NCBI GenBank assembly: GCA_038883775.1
Contig: JAVZLM010000008.1
Span: 62,618-126,617, forward strand
Length of the DNA: 64,000 nucleotides
Direction of reading: 5' to 3'
Source: Candidatus Bathyarchaeia archaeon
GTDB lineage: Archaea > Thermoproteota > Bathyarchaeia > Bathyarchaeales > Bathycorpusculaceae
How positions within the stretch are numbered: position 1 is the stretch's first letter; every line of letters begins with the position of its first letter. Below are positions 58,697 to 64,000 of this stretch, in pieces. Made by a program: the position numbers and the translations under genes. The notes beneath the pieces were generated by a model. That model was not told the DNA's origin. It saw only the letters and a program-made list of their open reading frames with translations, and searched no databases.

Positions 58697-59545
58697 ATGA
58701 AGGCTTTCATTTCAGTAGACATGGAAGGAATGCCTTATGTAGTCATTCCAGGACACTTGGGCATAAAAGGAACGTTATATTCTGAAGCGAGGAAAGTTGC
58801 CACGAAAGTCATGTTAACTGTAGCTGAGGAGCTAAATAAAAATGGGTTTGACGAAATAGTTGTTGCTGACAGTCATGGACCAATGGTTAACCTTTTGGTT
58901 GAAGATTTGCCAGAATATGTGGAGCTTGTTAGGGGTTATCCAAGACCAGCGAGCATGGTTGCAGGTGTAGAAGGATGCGACATTGCCTTGTTCCTTGGAT
59001 ATCACGCTAAATTCGGCACATCCAAATCCACATTTGACCACACTTATAGTGGTGGAAGCATTAACAAGGTTAAAGTTAATGGTGTTGAGGTAAGCGAATT
59101 TCTTCTGAATGCTTATGCAGCTGGAGATTTTAAAGTGCCAGTGGTTTTAGTCGCGGGCGAAGCTCAACTCCTAAAAGATGATGTTAGGAAATATGCACCA
59201 TGGGCTGAAACAGTAGCCTTAAAACATTCTTTAAGTAGACTTTCAGCCAGAAGCTTTAGTTTGGCAAGGATTGAGAAGGAATTGAGAGAGGCTACTAAAA
59301 GGGCGGCAACTAATTTTAAACAAAAAAATGTCAAGCCACTCACAGCAGAAAGGCCAGTTAAAATGGAGATAACTTTCTTAACAAGCCATTTTGCAGACGC
59401 CGCTGAACTGTTGCCGATCATCAAGAGGGTTGATGGATTGAACGTGGAGTATACGGCAACTAATATCATTGAAGCCTATAAAATATTCGAGTTACTGGTG
59501 CTTGCAGCAAGCGGCATCTCGGCTCTACTTCAAAACGTTCAGTGA
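58697..59545 (+). CDS. M55 family D-aminopeptidase (DppA-like)
   Basis: ISVDMEG, DSHG, GYHA, HTY. Confidence 0.92.
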   Translation: MKAFISVDMEGMPYVVIPGHLGIKGTLYSEARKVATKVMLTVAEELNKNGFDEIVVADSHGPMVNLLVEDLPEYVELVRGYPRPASMVAGVEGCDIALFLGYHAKFGTSKSTFDHTYSGGSINKVKVNGVEVSEFLLNAYAAGDFKVPVVLVAGEAQLLKDDVRKYAPWAETVALKHSLSRLSARSFSLARIEKELREATKRAATNFKQKNVKPLTAERPVKMEITFLTSHFADAAELLPIIKRVDGLNVEYTATNIIEAYKIFELLVLAASGISALLQNVQ

Positions 59546-59634
59546 TTCCGCTTTACAATATAGTGTTCCGTTGACTAAAGATTTTGAATTCATAAATATT
59601 TTATCTAAAAAGAGTTAGATGAAAATTTCAGTGT

Positions 59635-59985
59635 GTGAAAATGCGAAAGTCTAAACTTGAATGCTACGAGGAAATTTTAGGAGCATTAGTTAAGAAGCCC
59701 TTAACCATAGATAGAATAGCTTACGAAACCAACATGGACTGCGGCGTTCTTGAGCGACGACTTGAATTCTTAATTAAGAATGGTCTTGTAGAAGAACGAG
59801 ATTCAGACAGAAAAGTGCTTTATGCAATCACGGAACGTGGTGTGGCGGTTTTTAAGACTCTTAACTTTCAGAGGTATCTTGAAAAGGTTGTGAGCAACAT
59901 CAGAATTATCGACGAAGCTACACATATTGTTCCTACGATTTCGGAAGGACAACGAAAGAAGACATTGGAAAACGAAAACTATTAA
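59635..59985 (+). CDS. Archaeal winged-helix transcriptional regulator
   Basis: RKSKLE...LIKNGLV...YAITERG. Confidence 0.8.
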   Translation: MKMRKSKLECYEEILGALVKKPLTIDRIAYETNMDCGVLERRLEFLIKNGLVEERDSDRKVLYAITERGVAVFKTLNFQRYLEKVVSNIRIIDEATHIVPTISEGQRKKTLENENY

Positions 59986-60018
59986 AAGAAACGGCGGATG
60001 CTTTCCTAAGAGAATGCC

Positions 60019-61002
60019 ATGGCACAAATTTCACCAGAAAATGTCTGGCAAATGAGCGAAAAGCAACTTGTAAACCTATTAGATGCCAATTTATTGCCTT
60101 TAAAAGTTGGGAAAATCCATTTTTACGCTCCAAGTTTCATGTATTATAAAACAAGCCAATACTCTTCTTCGCCTATCACTTTTCCAACAATATCCATAAC
60201 TGGAAAGGGTTGTGCCCTTAAGTGTAAGCATTGTGGAGGGAAAGTTTTAGAGACCATGCATTCGGCAACTACACCCGAAAAACTTTTTGAGTTATGTGCC
60301 AAGCTTAAAAAAGAGGGCGCATTAGGCTGTCTTATTAGTGGTGGATGCTTACCCAACGGTTCTGTTCCTCTTGAAAATTTTGTTGATGCTATTGGAAGGG
60401 TTAAGAGGGATTTCGGCTTAACGATTTTCGTTCACACGGGCATAATTGATTCTTTTATGGCTAAGAGGCTTAAGGAGAATGGGATTGCCGCTGCATTAAT
60501 AGACATTATAGGTTCAGACGAAACAATTAAAGAAATTTACAACCTAAACGTAACAACTGAGGATTACGAAAAATCTCTTAAAGCTTTAAGGGAGGCTGGC
60601 ATCTCTTTTGTGCCTCATGTGATTGTTGGGCTTCATTATGGAAGACTAAAAGGCGAATTTAACGCTCTAAAAATGATAGCCAAATACAAGCCTTCAGCAA
60701 TAGTCATTATAGCGTTTATGCCTATTCGTGGAACTGAAATGGAGAAAATTGAACCGCCAAAACCAATAGATATAGCAAAAGTTATAACAGTTGCGAGGAT
60801 AATTTTCCCACAGGCGCCAATAGTTCTTGGGTGTATGCGCCCAAAGGGTAAACATCGCATTGAAACTGATATTCTGGCTATTAAAGCTGGAGTAAATGCA
60901 GTTGCGTTTCCAACGGAAGAAGCCATAAAATTCGCTAAAAGCCGAGGAAGCAAAATTTTCTTTTCACCATTCTGCTGCTCAAAAATTTACATAGATTTTT
61001 AA
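60019..61002 (+). CDS. Radical SAM protein, archaeal lipoyl synthase subunit LipS1-like
   Basis: CALKCKHC, LGCMRP and C-terminal CC motif. Confidence 0.78.
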   Translation: MAQISPENVWQMSEKQLVNLLDANLLPLKVGKIHFYAPSFMYYKTSQYSSSPITFPTISITGKGCALKCKHCGGKVLETMHSATTPEKLFELCAKLKKEGALGCLISGGCLPNGSVPLENFVDAIGRVKRDFGLTIFVHTGIIDSFMAKRLKENGIAAALIDIIGSDETIKEIYNLNVTTEDYEKSLKALREAGISFVPHVIVGLHYGRLKGEFNALKMIAKYKPSAIVIIAFMPIRGTEMEKIEPPKPIDIAKVITVARIIFPQAPIVLGCMRPKGKHRIETDILAIKAGVNAVAFPTEEAIKFAKSRGSKIFFSPFCCSKIYIDF

Positions 61003-61004
61003 GC

Positions 61005-61241
61005 TTAAATTCTCATAAAAAATGAGTGTTTCAAGACGTTTCTGAACTCATTTTTTAACTTTACAAATTGAGAACTTAATCTTTCTGCATCTTTTTTCGC
61101 CATTCCTCGGTTGATAAGCTGTTTTTCAAAGGCTTTTCTCGCTTTCCGTACATTCCACCCAAAGGTAAACCACAAAACAAGAAGGAAAAGGGACAGACGA
61201 GTTAGATGGAGGGCTATGCTGAATATGCTGCCAATCTTCAT
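61005..61241 (-). CDS. Small single-TM hypothetical protein
   Basis: AGGTGA SD; follows 61259-61657. Confidence 0.65.
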   Translation of the reverse strand: MKIGSIFSIALHLTRLSLFLLVLWFTFGWNVRKARKAFEKQLINRGMAKKDAERLSSQFVKLKNEFRNVLKHSFFMRI

Positions 61242-61258
61242 GCACTAAGACTCACCTT

Positions 61259-61657
61259 TTAATCCTCACGTTCTTTCTCTTCTTTGCCAAAGTGTTTCTC
61301 AGCTAATTTTGCTTTGATTTTTCTTGAAAGCTCTTCGCCTATATCCTCGCCTTTTTCAGAAGCTATCACAAGTTTTCTTTCTCCACCTATACCCTTAAGG
61401 ATATCTCCAAGGCTTGTGAATACTGAAATATAATTTTCCGTCATCTTAACAGCGGTCTCTTCAGGCACACCTGCCTCCTTCAATTCTTTGTAAAAAGCTG
61501 CCGCTGCCTTTCCCATGTCTCTTCCCGTCTCCTCTGAGAATACGCTGTTTAGAATTGACTTTATCAGGTTTGGGACTTCTCTAGAAACAACGCTGAGCAC
61601 ATCTTTAAGTTCCTCAATATCCTTTTCTCTTTCCTTTTTCTTTTCTTCATAACTCAA
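61259..61657 (-). CDS. Conserved-looking hypothetical protein
   Basis: GGAGG SD; MGKAAAAFYKELKEAGVPEE segment. Confidence 0.7.
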   Translation of the reverse strand: MSYEEKKKEREKDIEELKDVLSVVSREVPNLIKSILNSVFSEETGRDMGKAAAAFYKELKEAGVPEETAVKMTENYISVFTSLGDILKGIGGERKLVIASEKGEDIGEELSRKIKAKLAEKHFGKEEKERED

Positions 61658-61935
61658 TTTTCTATTCCTCCCAAAAAAGAAAGCTTGAGTAGCATATTTA
61701 TTTATTCTGGAAAAAAGTGGTCAAATCAACGTTTACCAACCTTTGTAACCTATTAGTTAAGGATAGTTTATTTTCTATGCTTCACATACTTTCCGCCAAT
61801 TAATAATTAACCAAAATTAGTCTCTTTAGTCAAAAGTCTACATAACTTTGTTTTACGTAGAGGAGAAAATTTCCCACCCTAGCACCAAATCATGTAGAAA
61901 ATCAATTAAATTTTTGGTCACGCTAAAAGGATGCT

Positions 61936-62484
61936 TTACAACTTGATGCTTACTTCAACGCCGCCTGCACTTGCTGGCACATATTTGCTTGAATATCTTC
62001 TTGAATGTCTTACATAATCAAGATAATCTGGCGCATTCTCCGCGTTGTCTGCAACTACGACGCTTCCTTTGTGGAGTTTGTTCTCAACTAGTTGTAAATA
62101 GTTTAGGTACTCACTTTTTTCAGCGTCTATAAAGACAAGATCAAACGTGCCCTCCAGTTTCGGGATAATCTCGAGCGCATCGCCGACCATCAATTCTACG
62201 GTTGGCGGTATTTCCGCCTTTCTTATGTTCTCTTTAGCTATTTTTGCGCTGCTAGTATCTTTCTCAATAGTGATTAAGTGAGCATCGCTGCTTAACTCCT
62301 TTCCCATCAAAATTGCTGAGTACCCAACAAGTGTTCCAATCTCTAAAACGCGTCTAGGTTTGATTTCACGAATAACTTCTACCAGAATTTTGCCTCTGCT
62401 CCCTACGATAGGATGAGGCAACAGCTCCCTTCTCGCTTCATATTCAATTTTTCTCAAAACTTTTTCTGCCTTACTCCGAACCAT
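61936..62484 (-). CDS. SAM-dependent O-methyltransferase (caffeoyl-CoA/COMT family)
   Basis: VLEIGTLVGYS, FIDAEK, VADN. Confidence 0.9.
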   Translation of the reverse strand: MVRSKAEKVLRKIEYEARRELLPHPIVGSRGKILVEVIREIKPRRVLEIGTLVGYSAILMGKELSSDAHLITIEKDTSSAKIAKENIRKAEIPPTVELMVGDALEIIPKLEGTFDLVFIDAEKSEYLNYLQLVENKLHKGSVVVADNAENAPDYLDYVRHSRRYSSKYVPASAGGVEVSIKL

Positions 62485-63016
62485 TTTCCTTCACCTCAAT
62501 GAGCGCTGTCAATCGATCCTTGAAACTTATTAGTTTATTCATGTTAGAAGTGATCTTGGAAGGATCCACACGTTTTAAGTCCTCAAGATACGATAGATAA
62601 CTACTCATTTCTGTTATAATGTCATCCAACGATTGCCGTTGCCTTATCGGCATACCACATAACCATTCAAGTTCCTTTTTTCCTTTTTCTGTGATTTCAT
62701 ACCGTCCGTCTTCACATTTCCTAATGCTTTCTTCTTTACAAAGTTCGGCTAGTAGCGGATAAATGGAGCCGGGTGAGGGCCTCCAATCACCTTGGCTCGC
62801 AAATTCTATTTGATTTATTATTTCATATCCATTTCTTGGCGCTTGTTGAAGTATTGAGAGCACCCATGTTCTGAGGTTTCCTCGCCTGTGGTGATGTCCG
62901 TGATGTTTTGTTCCATGCTCATGCAGATGCCCAAAATGGCAGTCATGGTTTGAATGGTGATGCTTGTGATGTTCTCTTTCATGGTATTCATAACTATTTC
63001 CAAACATGTCTGTCAC
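62471..63016 (-). CDS. PadR family regulator with His-rich N-terminus
   Basis: NGYEII...WRPSPGSIYPLL...YEITEKG. Confidence 0.88.
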   Translation of the reverse strand: MTDMFGNSYEYHEREHHKHHHSNHDCHFGHLHEHGTKHHGHHHRRGNLRTWVLSILQQAPRNGYEIINQIEFASQGDWRPSPGSIYPLLAELCKEESIRKCEDGRYEITEKGKKELEWLCGMPIRQRQSLDDIITEMSSYLSYLEDLKRVDPSKITSNMNKLISFKDRLTALIEVKENGSE

Positions 63017-63035
63017 TTATTATAATCGTTTAATC

Positions 63036-63059
63036 GATATATCGAATATTCGATATATC
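63036..63059. promoter_or_regulatory. Perfect 24-bp palindrome GATATATCGAATATTCGATATATC, probable PadR operator
   Basis: Lies between a TTTATTAA TATA-like box (minus strand, ~63060-63067) and the PadR start. Confidence 0.7.
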
Positions 63060-63212
63060 TTAATAAACCTTCCGCTTCAAAATTTTGTTAAGCCTCTGCT
63101 GAGAATCTTATCTCTGGAAAATGTTTAACAAGCATGCTCAATAATTAAGAAAGTTTTATCCACACAGTAGATCTCTGCATGGTGACAGTTTAAACCCTTA
63201 GGTGAGATTTAG

Positions 63213-63295
63213 TGCGGGGGGTGGGGTTTGAACCCACGCAGCCCTACGGCAGCAGGTCCTAAGCCTGCCTCCTTTGACCACTCGGACACCCCCGC
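63213..63295 (-). tRNA. tRNA-Leu(TAG)
   Basis: GCGGGGG/CCCCCGC-A acceptor, GCAGG-CT-TAG-GA-CCTGC, long variable arm. Confidence 0.95.
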
Positions 63296-63463
63296 AAGGG
63301 CTTAATTTTCAGAATTTGAATTGGCAGCCTCTTTTATATTTATTTTAACCTTGAGGTGGTTTATTCATGGGGAGAATGGTTGTTGAAGGGAGAAAGGAAG
63401 AAGTAGAGTTTGCCATTCTCTCCACACATCTAATTACAATATAGTTAATCAATGATTTAAGCT

Positions 63464-63808
63464 CTAACCTTCCAGAAAATAATCGAAAGCTCTAAATCTT
63501 CTTTTGAAAGTTTTCTTAAAGTGGAAAATAACGCCTCGGTGGCCTAGCCTGGTGGGGCATCGCCTTGGTAAGGCGGTGGTCGCGGGTTCGAATCCCGCCC
63601 GAGAACCGCTTTGGGCGGTCGGGAAGCTTTGATTTGAATCCGCCCCACCGTAAGATTCGCGGTTTAGTGTTTTTTGGATGTTTAGGTTTGATAGATAGTT
63701 GATTGCTTGTTTTAAGGCGTTTTCTGTGAATGCTGAAACGTTTATGCCATATTCTTGTGCTTGTTTTAGGATTTGGGTTTCTATTAGGATGCTTGTTCGG
63801 GTTTTCAT
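63464..63808 (-). CDS. CcdA-like/RHH small DNA-binding protein; frame runs antisense through tRNA-Thr
   Basis: RTSILIETQILKQAQEYGINVSAFTENALKQAI resembles CcdA-type antitoxins; the C-terminal half is the tRNA antisense. Confidence 0.55.
   Translation of the reverse strand: MKTRTSILIETQILKQAQEYGINVSAFTENALKQAINYLSNLNIQKTLNRESYGGADSNQSFPTAQSGSRAGFEPATTALPRRCPTRLGHRGVIFHFKKTFKRRFRAFDYFLEG
63533..63628 (+). tRNA. tRNA-Thr(GGT) with predicted 22-nt intron at 70/71 (63604-63625)
   Basis: TCGCC-TT-GGT-AA-GGCGG anticodon arm, GGTTCGAATCC T arm; acceptor GCCTCGG/CCGAG|GC-T complete only after BHB splicing. Confidence 0.85.
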
Positions 63809-64000
63809 TTTTGTTCACGGTATATACTTGTATGCAGTTGAGAATAAAAGGTTTGTGGTATATGTGTTGTATTTTGTTTTATAGGTAAGATGTGTCTGGG
63901 TAAGGTAATCCTAATTTTTTCCTTCTTTCAAATTCTTTCTGAACTTTGGGGATTTGTATGGCGAATTTGACGTGATAGCATCGGTTGCTGTCGCAATATT

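Noticed and set aside
63533-63605. tRNA-Thr as a simple pseudogene with a broken acceptor stem
   Set aside because: A BHB intron restores the stem and discriminator exactly; the pseudogene or att-scar reading is kept only as the alternative.

Overview
Archaeal chromosomal segment. Gene content suggests a Bathyarchaeia/TACK-like organism (inference from the Cdv/ESCRT-III operon, fwdDBAC-mch, ThiDN and BHB-intron tRNAs). It is mostly housekeeping and metabolic genes: thiI, rio2, Lsm, hutH, valS, a thiamine salvage operon behind a TPP riboswitch, H4MPT C1 genes, cdv cell-division genes, Lhr, CoA ligases and LipS1/LipS2. Two features stand out. (1) A compact ~5.5 kb casposon-like element (2146-7618) carries a solo Cas1 with no CRISPR array, no cas2 and no PolB, but a minimal AEP primase-like ORF. 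It is bounded by inverted termini built of telomere-like (CCCAAA)n/(TTTGGG)n hexamers and by a 13-bp target-site duplication overlapping the putative Lsm TATA box. (2) A tRNA-Thr(GGT) gene has an acceptor stem that is only restored by splicing a 22-nt BHB intron at position 70/71. Also noted: a probable ATT start codon for cdvB, a PNGase-like transglutaminase, and several operator-like palindromes. All calls were made by eye from motifs; no database searches were run.
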